A DNA stretch of 63,616 nt, filler included, from Chiloscyllium plagiosum (lineage: Eukaryota): NCBI RefSeq assembly GCF_004010195.1. It is 6 parts of one record of this genome, joined end to end, with 100 filler letters (N's around TTAATTAATTAA, not from the genome) between each part and the next. Parts side by side here need not be neighbours in the genome. Positions count along the whole stretch, not along the records: positions 1 to 6,524 come from NC_057716.1; positions 6,625 to 25,811 come from NC_057716.1; 4 more parts are not named here. One strand, written 5' to 3'. Position 1 is the first letter of the stretch. Each line of letters opens with the position of its first letter. A program made the position numbers and the translations under genes. Below the pieces are notes generated by a model. That model searched no databases. It had not been told where the DNA came from and saw only the letters and a program-made list of their open reading frames with translations. Positions 1 through 12,547 of this stretch are shown piece by piece.

Positions 1-1188
1 AGATAAAAGGTAGGGAGGAGGGACTTGGAGGAGGGGCGTTGGAAATGTGATAGGTGGAAAGAGGTCAAGGTGAGGGTGGTAGGTCGGAGTAGGGTGGAGG
101 CGGAGAGGTCAAGAGAAGACTGCAGGTCAGGAAGGCGGTGCCGGGCTGGAGGGATTCGGCTGAGACAAGGTGGGGGGAGGGGGGATGAAGAAACTGGTGA
201 AGTCCAAGTTCATCCCCTGTGGTTGGAGGGTTCCCAGTCGGAAGATAAGACGCTCCTCCTCCGACCGTCGCGTTGTTGTGGTTTGGCGGTGGATGAGTCC
301 AATGACCTGCATATTCTCGGTGGAGTGGGAGGGGGAGTTGGAATGCTGTGCTACAGGGTGGTTGGGTTGATATATTTCTCTCCCCTCCCCTATCAGCTTT
401 CCGTAGAGCCCACTCCCTCCGCGGCTCCCTTGTCAGATCCACACCCCCCCCCGACCCAACCTCCACTCCCGGCACCTTTCCTTGCAACCGCAGGAGGTGC
501 AACACTTGCGCCCACACCTCCCCCCTCACTTCTCTCCAAGGCCCCAAGGGAAACTTCCATATCCGCCACAGCTTCACCTGCACCTCCACCCACATTATCT
601 ACTGCATCCGCTGCAGCCGGTGTGGCCTCCTCTATATTGGGGAGACAGGCCGCCTACTTGCGGAGCGATTCAGAGAGCACCTCTGGGCCACCCGGACGAA
701 CCAACCCAATCACCCTGTAGCACAGCATTTCAACTCCCCCTCCCACTCCACCGAGGATATGCAGGTCATTGGACTCATCCACCGCCAAACCACAAGAACG
801 CGACGGTCGGAGGAGGAGCGTCTTATCTTCCGACTGGGAACCCTCCAACCGCAGGGGATGAACTTGGACTTCACCAGTTTCTTCATCCCCCCTCCCCCCC
901 CCTTGTCTCAGCCGAATCCCTCCAGCCCGGCACCGCCTTCCTGACCTGCAGTCTTCTTCTTGACCTCTCTGCCTCCATCCTACTCCGACCTATCACCCAC
1001 ACGTTGACCTCTTTCCACCTATCACATTTCCCACGCCCCTCCTCCAAGTCCCTCCTCCCTACCTTTTATCTTCTCCTGCTGAACACTCTCTGCTCATTCC
1101 TGAAGAAGGGCATGTGCCCGAAACGTCGAATCTCCTGTTCCCTGGATGCTGCCTGACCTGCTGTGCTGTTCCAGCAATAAAGTTTCAG
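1..1188 (+). mobile_element. Penelope-like element (Neptune-type) 3' fragment with inverted terminal repeat
   Basis: ORF 348-944 encodes a Zn-finger-like linker (CNRRRCNTC) followed by a GIY-YIG endonuclease (IIYCIRCSRCGLLYIGETGRLLAERFREH). Bases ~1-369 are the reverse complement of ~702-1071. The element ends with a hammerhead-bearing terminus and AATAAA. Confidence 0.9.
1096..1131 (+). ncRNA. Minimal type I hammerhead ribozyme in PLE terminus
   Basis: ATTC-CTGAAGA-A-GGGC ATGT GCCC-GAAA-CGTC-GAAT: intact core, 4-bp stem II, palindromic ACGT in place of stem III, GUC cleavage triplet, and stem I ATTC/GAAT. Confidence 0.8.
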
Positions 1189-1189
1189 C

Positions 1190-3065
1190 TTGTTTTCAAG
1201 GATGACTTCAATTTCCCTAATATTGATTGGAACCTCCTTAGTTCAAATAGTCTGGATGGAGCAGATTTTATCAGGTGTGTCCAGGAAGGATTCCTGACTC
1301 AATATTTAGATGGGCCAACTAGAGGGGAGGCCATATTGGATTTGGTGCTTGGCAATGAACCAGGTCAGGTGTCAGATCTCTCAGTGGAAGAGCATTTCAG
1401 TGATAGTGATCACAACTCCCTGACCTTTACTATAGTCATGGAGAGGGATAGTAATAGGAAAGTATTTACTTGGGGGAGGAGGAATTATAATGCTATTACA
1501 GGAACTGTGGAGCATAAATTGGGAACAGACGTTAGGGAAATGCATGACAGAAATGTGGAGATTGTTTAGGAAGCACTTGTGAATGCTGGACAGGTTTATC
1601 CCACTGAGGCAAGGAAGGAATGATTGGGTGAAGGAACCTTGGGTGACAAAAGATGTGGAACATCTAGTCAAGAGGAAGAAGGAAGCTTAATTAAGACTGA
1701 GGAGGCAAGAATCAGACAGGAATCTAGAGGTTTACAAGGTACCCAAGAAGGAGCTGAAGAATGGACTTAGGAGAGCTGAAAAGGGGCATGAAAAAGCCTT
1801 GATAGGTAGGATTAAGGAAAACCCCAAGGCATTGTACACTTGGGTGAGGAAGAAGAAAAGGCTAGGGCCGATCAGTGATAGTGCAGGGAACTAGTGCTTG
1901 GAGTAGGAGGAGGTAGAGGAGTCCTCAATGAATACTTTGCTTTAGTTTTTGCGAGTGAGCGGGACTTGTCATTTGTGAGGACAGTGTGAAACAGGCTGAT
2001 ACGCTCAAATAGGTTGATGTTAAGAAGGAGGATGTGCTGGAAATTTTGAAAAACATGAGGATAGATAAGTCCCCTGGGCCAGACAGAATATACCCACGGT
2101 TGCTACGGGAAGCAAGGCAAGAGATTGCTGTGCCTTTGTTCAATCCAGGCAAATGCAAAGTGAGGCATTTTGGAAGAGCCAATTCAAGAGTAATCTACAC
2201 GTAAATGGAAGAGCCCTGGGGAGAATTGATATACAGAGAGATCTGGGTGGTCAGGTCCATTGCACCCTGAAGGTGGCAACGCAGGTCATTAGAGTGGTCA
2301 AGAAGGCATACAGCATGCTTTCCTTCATCAGGTGGGGTATCAAGTACAAGAGTTGGCAGATCATGTTACAGTTATATAGGATTTTGGTTCGGCCACATTT
2401 GGAATATTGCGTGCTGTTCTGATCATATTACCGAAAGGATGTGGATGCTTTGGAGAGGGTGCAGAGGAGGTTCATCAGGATGTTGCCTGGTATGGAGTGC
2501 ACTAGCTATGAAGTGAGGTTGAGTAGGTTAGGATCATTTTTATTAGAAAGACAGAGGTTGAGGGAGGACCTGATTGAGGTCTACAAACTCATGAGAAGTA
2601 TGGACAGGGTGGATAGCAAAAAGCTTTTTCCCAGAGTGGGGGACTCAATTACTAGAGGTCACAAGTTCAAAGTGACAGGGGAAAAGTCCTGTGCCCGAAA
2701 CGTCGAATCTCCTGTTCCCTGGATGCTGCCTGACCTGCTGTGCTGTTCCAGCAATAAAGTTTCAACCCAGACTCAATTACTAGAGGTCACAAGTTCAAAG
2801 TGACAGGGGAAAAGTTTAAGGGAGATATACATGGAAAGTTCTTTATGCAGAGGGTGGCGGGTGCCTGGAATGCATTGTCAGCGGAGGTGGTAGAGGCAGA
2901 CACAATAGTGTCATTTAAGATGTATCGAGACAAATACACAAATGGGCAGGGAGCAGAGGAATACAGATCCTTAGAAAATAGGCGACAGATTTAGACAGAG
3001 GATCTGGATTGGTGCAGGCTTGGAGGGCTGAAGGGCCTGTTTCTGTTCTGTAATTTTCTTTGTAC
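1190..3065 (+). mobile_element. Degenerate CR1 LINE fragments (endonuclease C-terminus to 3' UTR)
   Basis: Peptides DFNFPNIDW, ILDLVLGNE, SDHNSL, LVRPHLEYCV and LERVQRRF; many stops and internal deletions. Confidence 0.9.
2688..2769 (+). mobile_element. Short PLE terminal fragment inserted in CR1
   Basis: Nearly identical to 1113-1187. Flanked by a 46-bp direct duplication (2642-2687 and 2770-2815). Confidence 0.85.
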
Positions 3066-3074
3066 TTGTTTGGT

Positions 3075-5160
3075 GATAATCTCTGCATCCTCACTGTCCA
3101 CTGGAATAGTACCAAATGATTGGTGGGTGGCAAATGTTATTCCATTGTTCAAGAAAGGGAATAGGGCTAACTCTGGGAATTACAGACCAGTCAATCTTAC
3201 ATCAGTGGTGGGCAAATTGTTGGAGAGGATTCTGAGTGACTGGTTTTATTATTTGGAAAATCATAGGTTGATGAGAGATAGTCAGCATGGTGTTATGAGG
3301 AGCAGATCATGGTCCAGAAGCCTTACTGGTTTCTTTGAGGATGTGACAAAACACATTGAAGGTAGAGCAGTGAATGTAGGGTACATGGACTTTAGGAAGA
3401 CATTTGATGAAGTTCCCCATGGTGAGGATCTGAAACCGGAATACAAGCTGAGGTAACTAGTTGTCAGGAACAACCACTTAACAGATGTTCTTAATAACTA
3501 AAGTGGCAATAAAATGGCTTCTCGATGCAAATAACATGACAAAATGGCTGCTAGGCTGCAAATTGACGGTTCTGCTATAGTTGCATAATTGACTAACCAC
3601 AGTCTGCTTTAACAGAGATTAGCAAAGAATGCTCCCTTTACAGCATGGAAATAACTAGACTAGGTAAGACATTAGTGGCCATCCTAACTGACCTTCAGAT
3701 GCAGGTGCAAAGGCTCAGTTAGTGAGATAAGGGTGGCCTGAGTGTTGGAAAACAAAGTTGGTTCCCAGGAAATATCATTGAACCGAGTAACTGTCAAATA
3801 AAACAATATCGTGTGTTGATTGGTAATTGTCTGAATGTACTATGCGATCACAGCCTGTGCCTTTCTTTAAGTATAAAAATGTCTTTGTTTTAAGGCATGT
3901 GCGCAGCTCCTCTGAGGAACATGGAAGTGTTTAACCTCTGTGTTTCTGGATGCTCTGTACCTGGCCATATGAAGAAATAAAGAATGAAGTCTTAAAGAAC
4001 CAGACTTATTGTGAGTGTTTATTGACCGATCACAGAACAGAGATCCCCTCCCCCCACCCCGGTTCCAGATCTTCAATGGTAGTCTCATTCAGAAAATAAG
4101 GAGGCATGGGATGCAAGGAAATTCGGCCGTTTGGATACTGAATTGGCAGGCCCATAGTAGACAGAGGGTGGTAGTAGATGGAAAGTACTCAGCCTGGAGC
4201 TTGGTCACCAGTGGTGTTCCATGGGGATTGGTTCTGGGATCTCTGCTCTTTGTGATTTTTATAAATGGCTTGGATGAGGAAGTGGAAGGATGGGTTAGTA
4301 AGTTTTCCAATGACATGAAGGTTGATGGAGTTGTGGATAGTGTGGAGGGCTGTTGTAGGTTGCAACGAGACATTGACAGGATACAGAGCTAGGCTGGGAA
4401 ATGGCAGATGGAGTTCAACCTGGAAAAGTGTGAAGTGATTCACTTTGGAAGGTCGAATTTGAATGCAGATTACAGGAATAAAGACAGAATTCTTGGCAGT
4501 GTAAAGGAACGTCTTGGGGTGCCCATCCATATATCCCTCAAAGTTGCCACCCAAGTTGACAGGGTTGTTAAGAAGGCGTATGGTGTGTTGGCTTTCATTA
4601 GTAGGAGGATTGAGTTTAAGAGCCACCAGATTTTGCTGCAGTTCTCTACAGCCCTGATTAGATCACACTTGGAATATTGTGTTCAGTTGTAGAAGGTGTA
4701 GAGAGGGTACAGAGGAGATTTACCAGGATGCTGCCTGGACTGGAGGGCATGAAGAAAGGTTGAGAGAGCTCGGGCTTTTCTCATATTGGAGCGAAGAAGA
4801 ATGAGAGGTGACTTTGTAGAGGTGTGCAAGATGATGAGAGGCATAGATAGAGTAGATAGCCAGGGACTTTGTCCCAGGGCAAAAATGGCTTTCCCGATGG
4901 GGCATAATTTTAAGGTGATCGGGGAAGGTTTGGCAGAGATGTCAGAGGTAGGTGCTTTATAAAGAGAGTGGTGGGTGTGTGGAATGCACTGCCAGCAGTG
5001 GTAGTAGAGTCAGATATATTAGGGACATTTAAGGGACTCTTGGATAGGCCATGTATGATGATAAAGTATGTCAGTTAGTTTGATTTTAGAGTAGGATAAA
5101 AGGTTGGCACAACATTGAGCGCCAAAGGGCCTGTACTGTGCTCTACTGTTCTATGTTCTT
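3075..5160 (+). mobile_element. Degenerate CR1 LINE (RT domain to 3' end), interrupted by a solo LTR
   Basis: Peptides NYRPVNLTSVVGKLLE, YMDFRKTFDEVPH and VTSGVPWGLVLG; ends in a CTATGTTCT-type tail. Confidence 0.9.
3423..4075 (+). mobile_element. Solo LTR (ERV- or LTR-retrotransposon-derived)
   Basis: Starts TGAGGATCTG and ends CAGATCTTCA (TG...CA, imperfect inverted ends). 4-bp TSD ATGG (3419-3422, 4076-4079), TATAAAA at 3872 and AATAAA at 3976. Removing it rejoins the CR1 RT sequence. Confidence 0.85.
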
Positions 5161-6203
5161 AACACCCAGAACTTGAGCTGCTTCACCTACTCCACCCCAA
5201 CCCTTTTTCCTGGCGTCTCCCCTACCTCCCCACCTACACCCACCAGGTAGCCCTGTCAGACTCAGCGGGACCAAACTTCACTTCTGAACTCAATCCAATT
5301 TGAGCTGCTACCCCATTTTCCGTGACCTGACTATCTTCCCACACTGGGCCCCCTACCTGAACTCTGCCAACTTGAGCCAGAATTTGGAGCTCTCTTTTGT
5401 GAAAAATAAGGGCCGGAGTGGAAAATGAAGCTGAAATTGCTGAAAGTGATGTTGTCAGCATAGGGATGGGGGCTGGTGCTCCAAAAGGCAGCCAAGAAGA
5501 TCCAAATAGGGGAATCAAAGAGTATGGTGAATGATGGAGTTGTAAGGCTAGAGAACATAGAAGGGTTAGAGTGGGCCACGGCTGTGGGGAAATTTAAAGA
5601 TGGAGGCAGGATCTTAAATATGACCCATCCTCGATCAGTGAAGGTTGGGTTGGGTGATTGGGACCGACTACAGGACAGGATAAGAGGTAATATTTTAGAC
5701 AGGTTGTATTCAATGGTGGTTAACAAGCCAGATGTTGGATCCTTAAAGTATAGATTAAGTTGCTGTGAGCTATGTATTCTAAAGCAGTTCTCACCATCCT
5801 TTCATTTTAAACTTGAGCACTCCCAAATTTGCAAGTTTCATTTCCTCATCACCTCTATACTTGCTGGCCTATGATAGCTCCCAATCTGGTATCTTCTCAA
5901 TTTTCAAATTCTCACCTCGTTTTTATATGCCTCAACCCCTCTCCATCTCTGTAATCCCCTTCAGCACCTAAAATTCTCAAGGTCTCTGCAACCTCCAATC
6001 CTAAGATCTTGTGTGATTCCAGTTTCCTTCATACTGCTATTGGTGGCTTACTGGCTAGCTCTTGAATTATATACACCCTCAGCAATAGAATGTGTGCTGA
6101 ATAGGACTTTAGTTTAAATGAACTTCAAACATCTTCCATTTAAAGTAAATATGCAGAAACATATTCATTCTGTTTCATGGCAGTTAGGTTTGTTCATAAT
6201 CAG

Positions 6204-6524
6204 GTCATAGAGTCATAGAGATGTACAGCATGGAAACAGACCCTTCGGTCCAACCCATCAATGCCGACCAGGTATCCCAACCCAATCTAGTCCCACCTGC
6301 CAGCACCCAGCCCATATCCCTCCAAACCCTTCCTATTCATATACACATCAAAATGCCTCTTAAATGTTGTAATTGTACCAGCCTCCACCACTTCCTCTGG
6401 CAGCTCATTCCATACCCGTACTAACCCTCTGTGTGAAAAAGTTGCCCCTTAGGTCTCTTTTATATCTTTCCCCTCTCACCCTAAACCTATGCCCTCTAGT
6501 TCTGGACACCCCCACCCCAGGGAA
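6204..6524 (-). mobile_element. CR1 3' end fragment
   Basis: Matches the other CR1 3' ends in the window (e.g. 23565-23900, 61860-62170); tail is (CATAGAGT)n on the + strand. Confidence 0.85.
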
Positions 6525-6624
6525 NNNNNNNNNNNNNNNNNNNNNNNNNNNNNNNNNNNNNNNNNNNNTTAATTAATTAANNNNNNNNNNNNNNNNNNNN
6601 NNNNNNNNNNNNNNNNNNNNNNNN
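6525..6624. other. Artificial contig linker (44N-TTAATTAATTAA-44N)
   Basis: Identical 100-nt spacer with six-frame stops occurs five times in the window. Confidence 0.95.
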
Positions 6625-7026
6625 TCTGCCTCACACAAACACACACTTTAACACAATCTTTCTCTTGCATAGACATTCTCTCTCACACACATTCTATCTT
6701 GCACAGACACTCTCCCTCACACACACACACCTTTTCTCACACTCTCTCTCTCACAAAGACTCTCTTTCTCAATACACACACTTTCTCACGTACACACATA
6801 TCCTCTAATACACTCCCCACACACTTTCTCACACACTTTCTCTCCTCACACACTCTTCCCCATACTCACTCTCTCACATACATAAACTCTCTTACACAAA
6901 CCCTCTCTCACTCACTCTCTCTCACACACACACACTCTTTCTCTCAATCACAAATATTGATAAGAGTCTTCTGTCTATGGATATAACTGATTGTGAAAAA
7001 AGGCAGCAGCAACAATGGCCTCTTAC

Positions 7027-7117
7027 TATCCAGTTTGTTAACAAGAGAGCTCCAGGGAGCAGTCTTGAGCACTTCAGGAATATCTTTAGACAGATTCAAG
7101 TATGGACTGTATGTGTG
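7027..7117 (-). CDS. Candidate exon of an unidentified gene (HTYSPYLNLSKDIPEVLKTAPWSSLVNKLD)
   Basis: Acceptor tctctgcattgctttacag, donor GTAAGA, open in phase 0. Confidence 0.35.
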
Positions 7118-7590
7118 CTGTAAAGCAATGCAGAGAATGGAGACACAGGGTGGTGACCCAGAGCAGTGTGTGTAGTAGTGGGGGAGAGCTAACTGAGGGG
7201 CTCAGCAGGTGAAGCAAATCAACAGGAACATCTGAGTACAAGACACAGGGTACATCGGCATTGAATGCGCGCGCACACACACACAGTCTCAACACACACA
7301 GTCTCACACACACACACAGTCACACTCATACACAGTCTCACACACACACAGAGTCTCTCACATACACAAACAATACACACACACAAATGTTCACAAACAA
7401 TAAACGCAGAAAAATACACACACGTACACAGAAATACACAGATGTATACACTAACAAAAATATACAGACATGAATGTCCATATATACAGATAAACACACA
7501 TACATTTGCCTGGAACCACATAGTTCATGGGGCAGGCACAGGAGGCCAGTAATGACGTTCCCAAATCACATTCGGAGCGATCGACTCTAC

Positions 7591-7668
7591 CTGCAGTCCA
7601 GGAGTCAGGAACCGGCCTATTCCGCTGTTGTCACAGTGGCTGTGAAGTCTGCCAAGTGGTTTCGCTGT
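7591..7668 (-). CDS. Candidate exon of an unidentified gene (TAKPLGRLHSHCDNSGIGRFLTPGLQ)
   Basis: Acceptor gccacctcag, donor CAG|GTAGAG. 78 nt; only the phase 0 frame is open. Confidence 0.35.
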
Positions 7669-10600
7669 CTGAGGTGGCACACAACACACAGTAGCATGTG
7701 ATTCTGCATGGATCCTGCCAAGAAGTTCAGTTCAGCCTACCTACCCTCATTCCCACTGCATTCTAACCACTGCCTATAAGACAAAGGTCAACTGCAGCTC
7801 CCACATAGACAGAGAGAGAGAGAGAGAGAGCAAAGTAAATCATTAACCAGCCGACTGACTGGAGTGGCTGTGGGCTCTATATGCTGGGTAAGTGAGAGTG
7901 AGAGGGTGGACGGGCAGCAGTCAGAATTTGAGAAGGGGTGTCTGTCAGAAACAGCCATTGGTCCAGAGAAATATGAACACTATCTCTGCACCCTACACAC
8001 ACACACAGAAAAACACACACACAAAAAAACACACATACACACAGAAAAACACACACACAGAAACACACACGCACAGAAAAATACATACACACACACACAG
8101 AAAAACACATACACACACAGAAAGATACATACACAAACACAGAAACACACACAGAAACACACACACAGAGAAAAGCACACACAGAAAAACACAAACATAC
8201 AGAAAGACACATACACACACACAGAAACACACACACACAGATACATACGTGCATGCACGTGCCGCACACGCACACACACCTCAGAGTCTTTAGAATATAA
8301 CTCGATAAGTTATGATTAAAGATGGGCTCAAGGTTTTTGTGAGTGGGTAGTAGTACTAACTTGAAAAAAATTACAGCCATGATCAATAGTTCAGTAGACT
8401 GGATGGGCCAAATGGCCTTTTTACTGCTGTAATTTTGTATGCACTATGGTACGTGCATTCGTCTGTGTTAGTGTGTGTATTTGCGGGATACACACACACA
8501 AAAAATGCACACACACACACAGAAAAACACATATACACAATCACAAACGCACATACAACAAAACACAAACACACACCGATACACATAGGGCACCACTCCT
8601 GCATACTGTCTCTCACACACTATACTGTCTCTTTCTCACACACTCTCACACAAACAGACATTCTCAGATACACTCATTCTCATACATATACATTCACTTT
8701 GACACAGTTTCACTTTCTAATACACTCACATACACACTCTCTGTCTCACAGGCACTCTCCCTCTCTCTCTCTCTCTCACACGTGCACACACACTATCCTT
8801 ACATAGACACTAACACACACAGTTTCCTACCAACACAGACTGTCTCTTACACACACTCTCACACACACGCTCTCTCACTTATTCTCTTTTACTCATACAT
8901 TCTCTCACAAACTCTCATACAAATTCTCTCACACACTCTCTCTCACAAACATTCTCTTCCTCACACACACACATTCTCTCACACTGACATTCCCTCTCTC
9001 TCACACTCAAACAGTACAGAGTATAGTGTGAACTTTACATACTCATGCAGCTTGGGGCACATTGAAAACATTACACACTGACACAACCCACTGTACAGTG
9101 TAAACATTACACACTGACACAACATTACACACTGACACAACCCACTGTACAGTGGGAACATTACACACTGACACAACATTACACACTGACACAACCCACT
9201 GTACAGTGTGAACATTACAGTCACAGAACCCACAGTACAGAGTGAACATTACACAGTCATACAGCCCAGAGTACAGTGAGAACACTACACACTCACACAA
9301 CCCACAGTGTACAGTGTGAACATTGCACACTCATGAAGCCCAGACTACAATGTGAGCATTACACACTCACACAGACTGTAGTACAGAGTAAATATTGCAC
9401 ACTCATGCAACCCAGAGTGCAATATGAACATTAGATGCTCATAGAGCCCAGGATACAGTGTGAACATTACACACTCACACAGCCCAGAGTACAGTGTGAA
9501 CATTACACACTCACACAGCCCAGGATACAGTGTGAACATTACATACTCACACAGCCCAGAGTACAGTGTGAACATTACACACTCACACCACCTAAAATAC
9601 AGTTTCAACATTACACACTCACATAATGCAGAGTACAATCTGAATAATACACACTTATACAGCCCATAATATAGTGTGAATGTACACATTCACATAGTCA
9701 AGAATACAGTGTGAATATTACACATTCACACAAACCAGAAAAACTGCGAACATTAGATGCTCACACAGTCCACAGTACAGTCTAAACAATACACACTCAC
9801 ACAGCCCAGAATACAGTTTGAACATTAGACTATCACAGAGCCCAGAGTACAGTGTGAACATTGCACATTCACAGTCAAGAGAATGGTGTGAACATTACAT
9901 AAGTAGGTACTCAGAATACAGTATGAACAGTACACACTCATACTACACGCAGTACAGTGTGAATGTTGGACACTCAAATAGCCCAGAGAACAGTGTGACT
10001 GTTACCCACACCGGCCAGAGTACAGTGTGAACATTACACACTTGTGTAGTACAAAGTATGGTGTGAGCATTAGACACTCACTCAGCCCAGAGTACCGTGT
10101 GAACACTAAACCACTATGTGGTTCAGAGAATAGCATGAACATTAGATTCTCGGCCAAGAGTACAGTGTGAACATTACAGCCCAGAGTACAACATGAACAT
10201 TACACACACAGCCAACATTACATTGTGAACATTGGATACTCACACAGGCGAGAGTACAGTGTGAACATTACACACTCATGCAGACTACAGTATCATGTGC
10301 GAATGTTACACACTCACATGGGCCAGAGCACAGTGTGAATATTAGATACTCACACAGGCCAGAGTACAGTGTGAACATTACGCACTTTTGTATTTCAGAG
10401 TATGTTATGAACCTTAGGCACTCAGCCCAGAGTACAGTGTGAATATTATGCATTCATGCAACTCAGAGTACAGTGTAAACATTATGCAGTCATACAGACC
10501 AGAGAACAGTGTGAGTATTACTCACTCATGTAGTTCAGAGTTTAGTGTGAATATTATACACTCACATTGTCCAGAGTACGGCATGAACATTAGACACTCA

Positions 10601-12547
10601 GCCCAGAGTGCAGTGTGAATATTATGCACTTATGTTTTTCAGAGTACGGTGTGATCTGTAGACAAAAAGAGCGAAAGAGTGACACGCACACACACACACA
10701 CACACACACAGTACAATGTGAATGTTGTACACTCACACAGGCCAGAGCACAGTGTGAACATTACATACTCATACAGCCCAGAGCACAGTGTGAACATTAC
10801 ATACTCATACAGCCCAGAGTACAGTGTGAACATTAGACACTCAGCCCAGAGTGCAGTGTGAACATTATGCACTCCTGTAGCCAGTGTTCAGTATGAAAAA
10901 TACACTCACATAACCAACAGTACAGTGTGAACATTGTACACTCACATAGCCCAGAGAACAGCATGACTGTAACACACACAGGCCAGAATGCAATGTTAAT
11001 ATTAGACACTCACAGAGGCCAGAGTACAGTATGAACAATACACACTCACACAAACAACAGTACAGTGTGAACATTGTACATTCACATAACCCAGAGAACA
11101 GTTTGACTGTTTAAATACAGGCCAGGGTACACTGTGAACATTACAGGCTTATGTACTCCAGAGTATGGTGTGAGTATTAGAAACTCACTCAGCCCAGAGG
11201 ACAGTGTGAACATTACACACTCGCAGAGCCCAGAGGACATTGAGAATATTACACAGTCACATGGCCCACAGTGCAGAGTGAGTATTACACATTCACACAG
11301 CACAGAGTACACTGTAATAGTTACACACTCACACAGCCCACAGTACAGTGTCAATATACACACTCATACAGGCCACAGTACAGGGTGAACTGTACACACT
11401 CGCAAAGCCAAGAATACATTGTGAACATTGCACACTCACACAGACTAGAACACAGTGTCAACATCAGACAATCACACTGCCAAGCATACATTGTAAACAT
11501 TACATGCTCACAGAGACAAGAATGCAGGGTGAATATCACACACTTATGCAGCTCAGGGTACCATGTCTGAATGTTACATACTCACATATGGCAGTGTACA
11601 GTGTGAACATTAGACATTCACTCAGGCCAGATTACAGTGGGTACATGGTACACTCACACAGCCTGTAGTACACTTTGAACATTGCACACTCACAGAGCCA
11701 AGAGTACAATGTGAACATTACACATTTACATAGTCCAGAGTGCAATGTATACAGTACACATTTACATAGTCCAGAATACAATGTAAACATTACACATTTA
11801 CATAGTCCAAAGTACAATGTGAACATTACACATTTACATAGTCCAGAGTACAATGTAAACATTACACAATTACATAGTCCAGAGTACAATGTGAACCTTA
11901 CACATTTACATAGTCCAGAGTGCAATGTAAACATTACACAATTACATAGTCCAGAGTGCAATGTAAACATTACGCATTTACATCGTCCAGAGTACAATGT
12001 AAACATTAAACAATTACATAGTCCAGAGTACAATGTGAACATTACACNNNNNNNNNNNNNNNNNNNNNNNNNNNNNNNNNNNNNNNNNNNNNNNNNNNNN
12101 NNNNNNNNNNNNNNNNNNNNNNNNNNNNNNNNNNNNNNNNNNNNNNNNNNNNNNNNNNNNNNNNNNNNNNNNNNNNNNNNNNNNNNNNNNNNNNNNNNNN
12201 NNNNNNNNNNNNNNNNNNNNNNNNNNNNNNNNNNNNNNNNNNNNNNNNNNNNNNNNNNNNNNNNNNNNNNNNNNNNNNNNNNNNNNNNNNNNNNNNNNNN
12301 NNNNNNNNNNNNNNNNNNNNNNNNNNNNNNNNNNNNNNNNNNNNNNNNNNNNNNNNNNNNNNNNNNNNNNNNNNNNNNNNNNNNNNNNNNNNNNNNNNNN
12401 NNNNNNNNNNNNNNNNNNNNNNNNNNNNNNNNNNNNNNNNNNNNNNNNNNNNNNNNNNNNNNNNNNNNNNNNNNNNNNNNNNNNNNNNNNNNNNNNNNNN
12501 NNNNNNNNNNNNNNNNNNNNNNNNNNNNNNNNNNNNNNNNNNNNNNN

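Larger units (their letters stand above)
6625..9010. repeat. CA/CT-rich microsatellite blocks interspersed with short unique segments
   Basis: Degenerate (CA)n/(CT)n at ~6625-6950, 7270-7500, 7995-8280 and 8490-9010. Confidence 0.85.

Noticed and set aside
5160..6070. Protein-coding ORFs 5331-5726 and 5476-5874
   Set aside because: No recognisable domain or splice support; part resembles an old L2-type 3' end but is too degraded to call.
6569..6580. TTAATTAATTAA as a biological motif
   Set aside because: Always embedded in exactly 44+44 Ns. It is a six-frame-stop scaffolding linker, so synteny across it cannot be assumed.
7740..7935. Extra minus-strand exons (QWLECSGNE; HPFSNSDCCPS...)
   Set aside because: Acceptors are plausible but I could not join them in a consistent phase with neighbouring exon candidates.
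7086..9081. His/Thr- and Cys/Val-rich ORFs
   Set aside because: Translations of (CA)n/(TG)n microsatellites; the same applies to 20635-21674 and 25640-25867.
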